Source of the DNA: Actinomycetota bacterium
GTDB lineage: Bacteria; Actinomycetota; CADDZG01; JAHWKV01
Direction: 5' to 3'
Assembly (NCBI GenBank): GCA_052389675.1
Contig: JBQTHR010000012.1
Coordinates: forward strand, 251-64,250
Length of the DNA: 64,000 nt
Below, in pieces: positions 17,284-25,895 of this stretch. The first letter of the stretch is position 1, and each line of letters opens with the position of its first letter. The position numbers and the translations under genes were made by a program. The notes under the pieces were generated by a model that had not been told where the DNA came from, did no database searches, and saw only the letters and a program-made list of their open reading frames with translations.

Positions 17284-18338
17284 AGGTCGGAATCGTCTGC
17301 CCGTATGACTGGTCGTTCCCCGGCGGCGTACGCAGCCACATTCTCGGATTGGCCGACGCGTTGCGCAATTGCGGCATCGAAGTGGAGATCATCGCTCCGG
17401 CTACCCACGCCGAGCCGGAGATATTCGTCGCCGGGCGGACGGTCGGGATCCCCTACAACGGCTCGGTAGCCCGGTTGTGCTTTTCTCCGGGCGCCGCCCG
17501 GCGGCTGAAGCAGCGCTTGGGCCGGGGCGACCTGGACCTGCTCCACCTTCACGAGCCGGCCAGCCCCAGTGTGTCGCTGCTGGCGCTGCTACAGGCCCAG
17601 ATGCCGGTTGTAGCAACCTTTCACGCTTCGGCTGAGCGGAGCGTGGCCTACCGGTTCGCCCGGCCGGCCCTTTGCCGTCCGATGAACCGGATCGGGCGGA
17701 AGATTGCCGTCTCGGAGGCGGCCAGGCGCTTGGTTTCGACCTACTTTCCCGGCGATTACACCATGATTCCCAACGGCATCGTCAAGGAGCGATTTGGCTC
17801 GGCAGTGCCGCTTGAATCGCTGCTTGGGCTCAAGCCGATGGTGGTGTTCGTTGGGCGCCCGGAGCCTCGCAAGGGCCTGCCGGTGGTAGTCGAGGCGGTC
17901 GAGATCTTGCGCCGTGAGCGAACGATCAACCTGGTGGTGGTCGGGCCGGGACCGGGCAACGTGCCCGGTTGGGTAAGAGCGCTCGGTCCGGTGGGCGAGA
18001 AGGAGCTCCCTCGGGTGCTGGCCTCAGCCGACGTTTTCTGCGCTCCCTCGCTGGGAGGGGAGTCCTTCGGCATAGTGCTCGTCGAGGCCATGGCAGCGGG
18101 CCTACCGGTGGTGTGCTCGGACATTGAGGGCTATGTTGCCGCAGCAGCCGGGGCGGCGCTGCACGCTCCGGCGGGGGACCCGCAGGCAACCGCGCGGGCG
18201 ATCGACTCGGTTTTGTGCGACCCGATCCGGGCGGCTAGCCTGGTTGCTTCGGGCAAGATCCGGGCGGCGGAACTGGATTGGAGCACACTGGTAGGACGTG
18301 TTGTCGATTGCTACCGGGCGGCCGGCGGTCAACCCTAG
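17280..18338 (+). CDS. pimA: GT4 glycosyltransferase (phosphatidylinositol mannosyltransferase PimA-like)
   Basis: MKVGIVCPYDWSFPGGV N-terminus, GT-B fold motifs (E..E..A.G.P), about 350 aa. Its position after pgsA-patA matches the mycobacterial PIM locus. Confidence 0.85.
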   Translation: MKVGIVCPYDWSFPGGVRSHILGLADALRNCGIEVEIIAPATHAEPEIFVAGRTVGIPYNGSVARLCFSPGAARRLKQRLGRGDLDLLHLHEPASPSVSLLALLQAQMPVVATFHASAERSVAYRFARPALCRPMNRIGRKIAVSEAARRLVSTYFPGDYTMIPNGIVKERFGSAVPLESLLGLKPMVVFVGRPEPRKGLPVVVEAVEILRRERTINLVVVGPGPGNVPGWVRALGPVGEKELPRVLASADVFCAPSLGGESFGIVLVEAMAAGLPVVCSDIEGYVAAAAGAALHAPAGDPQATARAIDSVLCDPIRAASLVASGKIRAAELDWSTLVGRVVDCYRAAGGQP

Positions 18339-18371
18339 CCGGGCAACGTCCGAGGTGCCCGTGCTATCTTC

Positions 18372-19454
18372 TTGGCAATGCGACGTTGCCTGAGTGTCCT
18401 GCTCCTCGCGCTCCTGCTATCCGCCTGCGGCGGCACCCAGGAGGATCCGGACTCGGCCCCGCAGGCTCAGGCAGAATCGCCAACCCCAGCAGAGCCTATC
18501 CTTTGCCCGCTCACCGGCCTGGAAGCCCCGGGCGACTTCGACGAGCAACGTCCGGCTCTGGCGGTAAAGATCGACAATGCACCCCCGGCCCGTCCCCAGG
18601 CCGGATTGCTCCAAGCAGACGTGGTTTACGAGGAACTCAGTGAAGGCGGCCTCACTCGCTTCTTGACTATTTTCCACTGCGGCGATACCGACAGCGTCGG
18701 GCCGATCCGCAGTGCCCGCACCGCCGATCCGGACATCCTCCAAGAGTACGCGCCCGCCCTGTTCGCCTACTCGGGTGCCAATTCCCAGGTGTTGCAGAAG
18801 GTGGCCTCTACTGAAGGCGTCGTGGACCTGAAGCACGGATCGAACGGCGACGCCTACACCAGGGAGTCCTCCCGCAAGGCCCCCTTCGACTTGTTCAGCA
18901 GTACTGCAAGGTTGCGGAGCTTGGAGGCGGCCGCAGCCGCCGCCGCACCGCCCGAGCCGGGTTTCGAGTTTGACGAGGCGTTGCTCAACCCGCCGTCGCC
19001 CGGCCCCTCTCCGTCTGCCGACGCCACCGCTCCGGCGGCCAGCCCCGCTGCACCCGCCGGTACCTCGGTCAGTTTCTCCTATTCAAATACGAACAGTGTC
19101 CGCTTCACCTACGACCCGGCCACGAAGGCCTACCAGCGATTCCATGGGGACGCGCAGCACAAAGTGGTCTCCGGTGAGCCGGTCAGCGTGGTCAACGTGG
19201 TGGTCATGAAGGTCGTGATCACGCCGGGCACCGTGCGAGACGCCTCCGGAACGCTTACCCAAGACACCTCCGTTACGGGCAGCGGTGAGTTGACAGTTCT
19301 TCGGGGTGGCATTGCAGTCACCGGAACCTGGAACAGGCCCAGCGTGGGGGCCAAGACCACTTTCACCGATAGTGCCGGGCAGCCGATCAAACTAGCTCCG
19401 GGCAGCACCTGGTTCCACTTGGTTCCTTCGGACCGGCAGGTCAGCGTCCAGTAG
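18372..19454 (+). CDS. DUF3048-domain lipoprotein
   Basis: Signal peptide plus lipobox LLSAC. PALAVKIDNAPPARPQAGLLQADVVYEELSEGGLTRFLTIFH matches the DUF3048 N-domain. Confidence 0.7.
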   Translation: MAMRRCLSVLLLALLLSACGGTQEDPDSAPQAQAESPTPAEPILCPLTGLEAPGDFDEQRPALAVKIDNAPPARPQAGLLQADVVYEELSEGGLTRFLTIFHCGDTDSVGPIRSARTADPDILQEYAPALFAYSGANSQVLQKVASTEGVVDLKHGSNGDAYTRESSRKAPFDLFSSTARLRSLEAAAAAAAPPEPGFEFDEALLNPPSPGPSPSADATAPAASPAAPAGTSVSFSYSNTNSVRFTYDPATKAYQRFHGDAQHKVVSGEPVSVVNVVVMKVVITPGTVRDASGTLTQDTSVTGSGELTVLRGGIAVTGTWNRPSVGAKTTFTDSAGQPIKLAPGSTWFHLVPSDRQVSVQ

Positions 19455-19582
19455 CCGTCTGTAGCGCTGGGCCGTGGCGCCCCCCAAGGTCGACCACGCG
19501 AGTTAACCTGTGTAGTGTGCCGCCTGCGGGATCAGCATCCCCCAACATGGCCACCAGATTCAAGTAGCAGTTCTAGAGAACG

Positions 19583-20476
19583 GTGTGGGAATTGGTCGAA
19601 CGGGGAACCCCCCGCGTCAAGCGGGGTCTTGCGGAGATGCTCAAGGGCGGCGTGATCATGGACGTCACCACGCCGGAGGAGGCGCGGATTGCCGAGGACG
19701 CCGGGGCGTGCGCAGTCATGGCGCTGGAGCGGGTGCCGGCCGATATCCGTAAGGAGGGCGGCGTTGCCCGGATGGTGGATCCGAACAGGGTTTCTGAGAT
19801 CATGGCCGCAGTTACTGTTCCGGTTATGGCCAAGGCCCGGATCGGCCATTTCGCTGAGGCGCAGATCCTGCAGGCGTTGGGGGTGGATTTCATCGACGAA
19901 TCGGAGGTCCTGACCCCGGCGGACGAGGCGTTCCATATCGACAAATGGAACTACACCATCCCGTTCGTTTGTGGGGCGACCGATCTTGGAGAAGCGCTGC
20001 GGCGGATTGGTGAAGGTGCTGCGATGATCCGCTCCAAAGGCGAGGCGGGCACCGGAAACGTGGTGGAAGCGGTACGTCACCTGCGCTCGATCACCGATGA
20101 GATCCGCCGCCTGAGCGTGGTCCCCCCCGAGCAACTGATGACTCACGCTCGCAACTTGGGGGCTCCGTACGATCTGGTCAAGGAGGTAGCCGAGACCGGC
20201 CGCCTGCCGGTGGTGCTGTTCTGCGCCGGTGGCGTGGCCACGCCGGCCGATGCCTCGTTGGTGATGCAGTTGGGGGCGGAGGGAGTCTTCGTAGGTTCGG
20301 GGATTTTCAAGAGCGAAGACCCTGCCCGGACCGCCCGTGCGGTGGTAGAAGCCACCACCTACTTCAACGACCCGGACGTGCTGGCCAAGGTTTCCCGTGG
20401 GCTAGGCGAGCCGATGCGGGGCACCGATCTTAGGGACCTTCCCGCCGAGCAGCGCCTGGCACCGAGAGGGTGGTAG
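19583..20476 (+). CDS. pdxS: pyridoxal 5'-phosphate synthase lyase subunit
   Basis: [24 protein letters not shown] and [12 protein letters not shown] signatures. Confidence 0.92.
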   Translation: MWELVERGTPRVKRGLAEMLKGGVIMDVTTPEEARIAEDAGACAVMALERVPADIRKEGGVARMVDPNRVSEIMAAVTVPVMAKARIGHFAEAQILQALGVDFIDESEVLTPADEAFHIDKWNYTIPFVCGATDLGEALRRIGEGAAMIRSKGEAGTGNVVEAVRHLRSITDEIRRLSVVPPEQLMTHARNLGAPYDLVKEVAETGRLPVVLFCAGGVATPADASLVMQLGAEGVFVGSGIFKSEDPARTARAVVEATTYFNDPDVLAKVSRGLGEPMRGTDLRDLPAEQRLAPRGW

Positions 20477-21048
20477 CGGTAAGAGTCGGAGTCCTCGCCC
20501 TGCAGGGCGATTTTGCCGAGCACCTGGCGATGTTGCGCTCCATTGGATCGCAGGCGGTCGAGGTGCGATCTTGCGAGGAGCTGGAAGATGTAGCTGCGCT
20601 GATCATCCCGGGCGGGGAGTCGACGACAATGCTCAAGTTGGTCGACCGGTTCGAACTGCGCGACGCGCTGGTCAAACGGATAGCCGGCGGTATGCCGGTG
20701 TTCGGGACGTGCGCCGGGGCGATAGTTTTGGCGGATCAAGTTTCTGACGGGGAGCGAAGCCTTGGGGTATTGCCGGTGCGGATCGTGCGCAACGCATACG
20801 GCCGCCAGCAGGAGTCGTTCGAGGCGGATGTCGACGTGCCGGAGTTGGGAGCAACGCTTAAGGGCGTATTTATCCGGGCACCGGTTATCGCGGACCCCGG
20901 GGATGCGGAGGTGATGGCTTGTTGGGCCGACCGGCCGGTTCTGGTGCGCTACGGGTCCTTGCTAGCCGCAACGTTTCATCCCGAGCTGTCCGGGGAGGTT
21001 CGGATACACAGGTACTTCGTCGAACAGATGTGCAAGGGGACCGGCTAG
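20470..21048 (+). CDS. pdxT: pyridoxal 5'-phosphate synthase glutaminase subunit
   Basis: [10 protein letters not shown], class I glutamine amidotransferase (GTCAG), about 190 aa. The GTG start overlaps the pdxS stop. Confidence 0.9.
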   Translation: MVAVRVGVLALQGDFAEHLAMLRSIGSQAVEVRSCEELEDVAALIIPGGESTTMLKLVDRFELRDALVKRIAGGMPVFGTCAGAIVLADQVSDGERSLGVLPVRIVRNAYGRQQESFEADVDVPELGATLKGVFIRAPVIADPGDAEVMACWADRPVLVRYGSLLAATFHPELSGEVRIHRYFVEQMCKGTG

Positions 21049-21798
21049 ATGAGCGGTCATTCGAAGTGGGCAACCACCAAACACCAAAAGGCGGTAAAAG
21101 ACGCCCGGCGGGGCAAGATGTTCGCCAAGACGCTGCGCATGATCGAAGTGGCGTCCCGTGAGGGCGGAGGAAATGCTGACGCCAACCCGACGCTGGCCGA
21201 TGCGATCTCTCGCGCCCGGGCGGTCAGTGTTCCCAGCGACACCATTGATCGGGCGATTAAGCGGGGCACCGGGGAGATGGAAGGCGTCAGGTACGAAACA
21301 CTGGTGTACGAGGGCTACGCGCCGGGTGGAGTGGCGGTGCTGCTTGAAGTGATGACCGACAACCGCAACCGGGCCGCCGCCGACGTGCGCCGGGTCTTCA
21401 CCAAGAACGGCGGGACTATGGCGGAGCCCGGCTCGGTGGCCTGGATGTTCACCAAGAAGGCAATTGTGGTCATCCCGGCCGATCAGGTGTCAGAAGAGGA
21501 TCTGATGACCGTGGCCCTGGATGGTGGAGCGCAGGACATCGCCCGGGACGGTGCCTACTGGACCGTTGAATGCGCCCCGACAGACCTGCAGGAGCTGCGT
21601 ACCGCACTTGCCGAAGCGCAGATCACTCCCGAGGATGCCCGGATATCGATGGAGCCCAGTTCCACAATCGTTTTGGACCGAGAGGGGTCGGAGAAGGTCC
21701 TCAAGCTGCTGGAAGCGTTGGACGACTCGGACGATGTTCAGGAGGTCTACTCCAACTTCGACATTCCTGAGGATCTCATGGAGGAACTAAACGCCTGA
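21049..21798 (+). CDS. yebC: YebC/PmpR family DNA-binding transcriptional regulator
   Basis: MSGHSKWATTKHQKA...GGGNADANPTL. Confidence 0.9.
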   Translation: MSGHSKWATTKHQKAVKDARRGKMFAKTLRMIEVASREGGGNADANPTLADAISRARAVSVPSDTIDRAIKRGTGEMEGVRYETLVYEGYAPGGVAVLLEVMTDNRNRAAADVRRVFTKNGGTMAEPGSVAWMFTKKAIVVIPADQVSEEDLMTVALDGGAQDIARDGAYWTVECAPTDLQELRTALAEAQITPEDARISMEPSSTIVLDREGSEKVLKLLEALDDSDDVQEVYSNFDIPEDLMEELNA

Positions 21799-22322
21799 TG
21801 GCCTTGGCGGGCGAACCGGCGAATCCACTGAGCCAACTCATCCCGGTCCACCAAGGCGCAGCCGGTGGAGGCAGCCAGCACCTGAGCCCCCGGTGTGAAG
21901 TAAAAGTTGGTGACAACCATTGACCCGGTGCACCCGTAGTGTTCCGCGCCGGCCACCGCGTCGCTCACCGCCCGCCGGGAGACCGGCCGGGAGGAACGCT
22001 TAACCTGGATGGCCAGGGCGTTGCCACTGCTCCTGGCTATCAAGTCCACCCCGAGGTCCCCGGTGGCTGCGGTTGCGGTGACCTCGTAGCCCCGGCCGGC
22101 CAGCACTGCAGCCAGATAGGCCTCGAAATCCCGGCCAGACATTTCATCCACTTGCGCAAGCCGTAAGGCCCGCAGCCGGCGACCGGGCCACCAGGCTCTC
22201 CCGGCGACAAGTCCAATGAACACCAGCCCGGAAAGGGTCAGCGACACTACGTAGGGGACTTTGTAGCGCGAGCTCAGAAGAACTGCCGCCCACAGGCAGG
22301 CGGCACCGGCCAAAGTGATCAT
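21747..22322 (-). CDS. membrane-anchored Mrr-like restriction endonuclease domain protein
   Basis: Two predicted TM helices, then an Mrr_cat-like domain (GRDFEAYLAAVLAGRGYEV...GDLGVDLIA...AIQVKR...V.....V). Start chosen at MITLAG (22322); the ORF extends to 22397. The 3' end overlaps the yebC 3' end by about 50 bp, convergent. Confidence 0.65.
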   Translation of the reverse strand: MITLAGAACLWAAVLLSSRYKVPYVVSLTLSGLVFIGLVAGRAWWPGRRLRALRLAQVDEMSGRDFEAYLAAVLAGRGYEVTATAATGDLGVDLIARSSGNALAIQVKRSSRPVSRRAVSDAVAGAEHYGCTGSMVVTNFYFTPGAQVLAASTGCALVDRDELAQWIRRFARQGHQAFSSSMRSSGMSKLE

Positions 22323-22393
22323 CCACCGGCCCGGCCGTACTGATTCTGTCCGCACAAATCCCCGCTTCCGCCGGCACCGGTGATTATTATCGT

Positions 22394-22409
22394 CCAAACA
22401 CCTGTTCGA
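22394..22409. promoter_or_regulatory. LexA/SOS-box-like motif ccAAAC-ACCT-GTTCGA upstream of ruvC
   Basis: The right half GTTCGA is perfect. The left half has 2 mismatches to the actinobacterial consensus TCGAAC-N4-GTTCGA. It lies 18 bp upstream of the ruvC ATG. Confidence 0.4.
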
Positions 22410-22426
22410 TTGGGGAGATCTTGAGC

Positions 22427-22921
22427 ATGAGGGTGATGGGGATTGATCCGGGGCTCACCCGGATGGGCTTTGGGGTGCTTGAGCAGGGCGGGCGCATGCC
22501 CGCGGCGCTGGCGTGCGGAACCCTTCGTACCTCGGCCGGCGGGGCCACGGCCGTCCGGTTGAAGAGTCTGCATGACCAACTGGCCGAGGTGGTGCTGCGC
22601 TGGTCTCCGGATGTGGTGGCAGTGGAGCGCCTGTTCTTCAGTGCCAATGCCTCCTCGGCGGTCCCGGCCATCCAAGCCAGCGGCATTGCCCTGCTTGCGG
22701 CCGCACGCGCCGGACTCGAGGTTCACGAATACACCCCGCTGCAGGTCAAGCAGGCGGTGGTGGGCAACGGGGTGGCAACCAAGCAGCAGGTCCTGTACAT
22801 GGTCGAACGGCTGGTCAGCGGTCTGGGGGACCCGGATTCGGCGGACGCAGCCGACGCGGTTGCAGTTGCCTATACTCACCTGGGTCATGCCCGGATGAAG
22901 GCTCTGGCGGCGGCTCGATGA
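22427..22921 (+). CDS. ruvC: crossover junction endodeoxyribonuclease RuvC
   Basis: MRVMGIDPGLTRMGFGV...; GGGGAG SD. The ORF could start at TTG 22421. Confidence 0.9.
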   Translation: MRVMGIDPGLTRMGFGVLEQGGRMPAALACGTLRTSAGGATAVRLKSLHDQLAEVVLRWSPDVVAVERLFFSANASSAVPAIQASGIALLAAARAGLEVHEYTPLQVKQAVVGNGVATKQQVLYMVERLVSGLGDPDSADAADAVAVAYTHLGHARMKALAAAR

Positions 22922-23487
22922 TCTCCTCGGTCACCGGCGTGGTGGCGGAGATCGGCCCGGGGGCGGTGGAGGTTGATGTCCACGGAGTCGGCTACCTGGT
23001 CCAAGCTCCCGGCTCCACCCTGGCAAGCTTGCAGCTGGGCCAGAAGGTTCGGCTACTCATCCAAATGGTGGTGCGGGAAGACTCTTTGGCGCTTTACGGC
23101 TTTGCCGACATGGAGCAGCGGGAGTTGTTCCGCAGCCTCAACTCGGTCACCGGGGTGGGGCCGAAGCTCGCGCTGGCAGTGCTCGGCCAGCTCAAGCCGG
23201 ACGCTTTGCGCCGGGCGGTGCTCACTTCGGACGTGGCTGCGCTGAGTGCAGTAACCGGGGTGGGCAAGCGCAGTGCGGAACGGATGATTTTGGAGCTCAA
23301 GTCGCAGATGGGGGCGTTGCCGGCCGCTCACTGCACGGGAGCATCTAACCTGGCCGAGGCCCGGGAGGCGTTGCTGGGGCTGGGCTATGCCGCCGGTGAG
23401 CTGGCCGATGTCCTCCAGCAGGTGGACGAGGAGGCTGAGGTGCAACAGATCGTCAAGACTGCCCTGCGTTCACTTTCACGGGTATGA
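22918..23487 (+). CDS. ruvA: Holliday junction branch migration protein RuvA
   Basis: MISSVTGVV...VDVHGVGY, HhH motifs, about 190 aa. ATGA overlap with ruvC. Confidence 0.9.
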   Translation: MISSVTGVVAEIGPGAVEVDVHGVGYLVQAPGSTLASLQLGQKVRLLIQMVVREDSLALYGFADMEQRELFRSLNSVTGVGPKLALAVLGQLKPDALRRAVLTSDVAALSAVTGVGKRSAERMILELKSQMGALPAAHCTGASNLAEAREALLGLGYAAGELADVLQQVDEEAEVQQIVKTALRSLSRV

Positions 23488-24503
23488 ACGACCAGGCCGG
23501 CCGGGGGGTCATCAGTAATCTGGAGAAAGACGAGGAGTTGGCGCTCGAGCGCTCCCTGCGCCCGGCCCGGTTGGAGGACTTCGTAGGTCAGCCCGCCACC
23601 AAGGAACACCTGTCGATCATTCTGGACGCCGCCAAGGGCCGGGGAGAGTCGGCCGACCATATCCTGTTCGCCGGCAGCCCAGGTCTGGGCAAGACCACGC
23701 TGGCCAACATCGTGGCATCTGAACTGGGGGTGGGTCTCAAGTCCACCTCTGGTCCGGCGCTGGAGCGGGCAGGGGATCTGGCGGCCATCCTCACCAACCT
23801 TCAAGAGGGGGACGTATTTTTCATCGACGAGATCCACCGGCTCGCTCGCCCGGTGGAGGAGATTCTCTACCCGGCAATGGAGGACTTCGCTCTGGACATC
23901 GTTATCGGCAAGGGGCCGGCCGCCCGGTCAATCCGGCTGGATCTGCCGGCGTTTACGCTGATCGGGGCTACCACTCGTACCGGGATGCTCACCTCGCCGC
24001 TTCGCGACCGGTTCGGCTTCGTCGGCCGGCTGGACTACTACGAAACGGCCGATCTGCTGAAGATCGTGCTGCGCTCTGCTCGCCTGCTGGAGGTGGAGAT
24101 CTCCCAAGCGGCGGCCCTGGAGATCGCGGGCCGCTCGCGGGGCACCCCTCGTATTGCCAACCGGTTGCTGCGCCGGGTGCGCGACTACGCCGAGGTGCGT
24201 GCGGATGGCCGGATCGGCCTGGAAGTTGCCCAGGATGCGCTGTGCCTGTTCGAGATCGACGGCGAGGGCCTTGACAAGGTGGACATGGCCATCCTGACCG
24301 CTTTGGTGCGCCGTTTCCGGGGGCAGCCGGTGGGTTTGAGCACCCTGGCGGTGGCAGTGGGCGAAGAGCCCAATACGCTGGAAGAGGTCTACGAGCCCTA
24401 CCTGCTTAGGAAAGGCTTCATGGTGCGTACGCCCCGTGGCCGCCTGGCCACCACCCCCGCCTACGAACACCTGGGTGTGGCAGACGAGGGTCGGTTGCTC
24501 TAA
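23484..24503 (+). CDS. ruvB: Holliday junction DNA helicase RuvB
   Basis: [31 protein letters not shown]. Confidence 0.95.
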   Translation: MNDQAGRGVISNLEKDEELALERSLRPARLEDFVGQPATKEHLSIILDAAKGRGESADHILFAGSPGLGKTTLANIVASELGVGLKSTSGPALERAGDLAAILTNLQEGDVFFIDEIHRLARPVEEILYPAMEDFALDIVIGKGPAARSIRLDLPAFTLIGATTRTGMLTSPLRDRFGFVGRLDYYETADLLKIVLRSARLLEVEISQAAALEIAGRSRGTPRIANRLLRRVRDYAEVRADGRIGLEVAQDALCLFEIDGEGLDKVDMAILTALVRRFRGQPVGLSTLAVAVGEEPNTLEEVYEPYLLRKGFMVRTPRGRLATTPAYEHLGVADEGRLL

Positions 24504-24555
24504 GGGCGCTCCGCAGAATGGGTTAGGCACAGGCACCGTACGGTTGTGCGGATTC

Positions 24556-25371
24556 TCAGTCGATCTTGACGCCTGCCAGATCAGGCGGCTCCGGGTAGCG
24601 CGGGTCCATCTCGGTCAGGGTCTGCGCCAGAACCGTTGCCACCGCCCAGTCTCGATACCATTTTCGTCCGGCCGGGATGACGTACCACGGGGCGCTCGGG
24701 GTGGTAGTTTGCTCGATTGCCTCTTGGTAGGCGCTCCGGTATTGGTCCCAGAAGCTGCGCTCTGCCAGATCGCCGGCGTTGAACTTCCAGCGCTTGGTCG
24801 GCGTGTTCAACCGAGCCTGCAAACGCTTCTTCTGCTCCTGCTTGGATATGTGCAGGTAGAACTTGCGGATCACGGTGCCCCCGTGCTCCAACTGTCGCTC
24901 AAACGCCCTGATTAGTTCGTAGCGCTCACGCCACACATATTCGGGAACCAGATTGTGGACTCTGACTATGCCAACATCTTCATAATGGGACCGGTTGAAT
25001 ACCGCAATCTCGCCCCGGCCGGGCGCGAAGCGATGGATGCGCCACAAAAAGTCGTGGTCGAGTTCTTCCGGGGTAGGCGCCTTGAACGAGGTGACCCGGA
25101 CCCCCTGGGGGTTGATGCCGGAGAAGACGTGGCGGATGACCCCGTCCTTCCCTCCGGTGTCCATCGCCTGGAAGATCACCAACAGGGACCGCTTGTGCTC
25201 GGCCCACAGGCGCTGCTGGAAGTCGATCAGCTGCTCTCGCAGCGCTCCCAGCGCGGCAGTGGTTTGCTCTGCACCCCCCGGAGCGCCCCGGGTGTCCCCG
25301 GTTTCCACGGAGGCGATGTCAAACGGCTCGCCCGGCCGGGCCAGCCAAGGGTCGGAGGTTGAATCCGGCAT
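24556..25371 (-). CDS. ppk2: polyphosphate kinase 2 family (polyphosphate:nucleotide phosphotransferase)
   Basis: FQAMDTGGKDG (Walker A) and RSHYEDV PPK2 lid motif. Start placed at MPDSTSD (25371); the upstream extension looks non-coding. Confidence 0.8.
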   Translation of the reverse strand: MPDSTSDPWLARPGEPFDIASVETGDTRGAPGGAEQTTAALGALREQLIDFQQRLWAEHKRSLLVIFQAMDTGGKDGVIRHVFSGINPQGVRVTSFKAPTPEELDHDFLWRIHRFAPGRGEIAVFNRSHYEDVGIVRVHNLVPEYVWRERYELIRAFERQLEHGGTVIRKFYLHISKQEQKKRLQARLNTPTKRWKFNAGDLAERSFWDQYRSAYQEAIEQTTTPSAPWYVIPAGRKWYRDWAVATVLAQTLTEMDPRYPEPPDLAGVKID

Positions 25372-25537
25372 GGTTGGTGCTCCTTCTGCTGGGCGGCTTT
25401 CCGGCTCTGGTGAGACTTGGTCCATGCAAGTCTTAACGATGTGACAATTTTGTTGGCTCGGATGGCTGCGAGCCTTAGTGGTGTGCACCGGTCGATCGGC
25501 GTTAGGCTTGAAGCAACCACGACCCGAGGGGAAGAGC

Positions 25538-25876
25538 ATGGACTTCGGTAGCTTGATAATGCTGGCTCTGCTGATGGGTGTCTTCTACTTCATCCTGGTC
25601 CGGCCGCAGAAGAAGCGCCTTCAGGAGCACTCGGCTCTTCTCAAGGCAATCGAGCCGGGCGACGAAGTGGTCACAGTCGGAGGCATCTATGGATTCGTCA
25701 ACCGGGTGGACAAGGATGAGGTGTGGCTGGAGGTTGCCGAGGGTGTGGAGGTCCGCCTCACCAAGCAGGCGGTAAGCCGGAAGGTTGCCCCTGCGGAGGC
25801 CGACGAGCCGGCTGAGCAGGCCGGTGAGCCCGCCTCCGAGGTGGAGAAGATGAACGAGCCGGACACCTCCTCCTGA
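25538..25876 (+). CDS. yajC: preprotein translocase subunit YajC
   Basis: LLMGVFYFILVRPQKKR...GDEVVTVGGIYG. Confidence 0.85.
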   Translation: MDFGSLIMLALLMGVFYFILVRPQKKRLQEHSALLKAIEPGDEVVTVGGIYGFVNRVDKDEVWLEVAEGVEVRLTKQAVSRKVAPAEADEPAEQAGEPASEVEKMNEPDTSS

Positions 25877-25895
25877 TGGGTTAGGGTCGTTCATC

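Noticed and set aside
16932-17552. 206-aa minus-strand ORF over the patA/pimA junction
   Set aside because: It is antisense to two overlapping, well-supported genes and is inflated by the tandem repeat.
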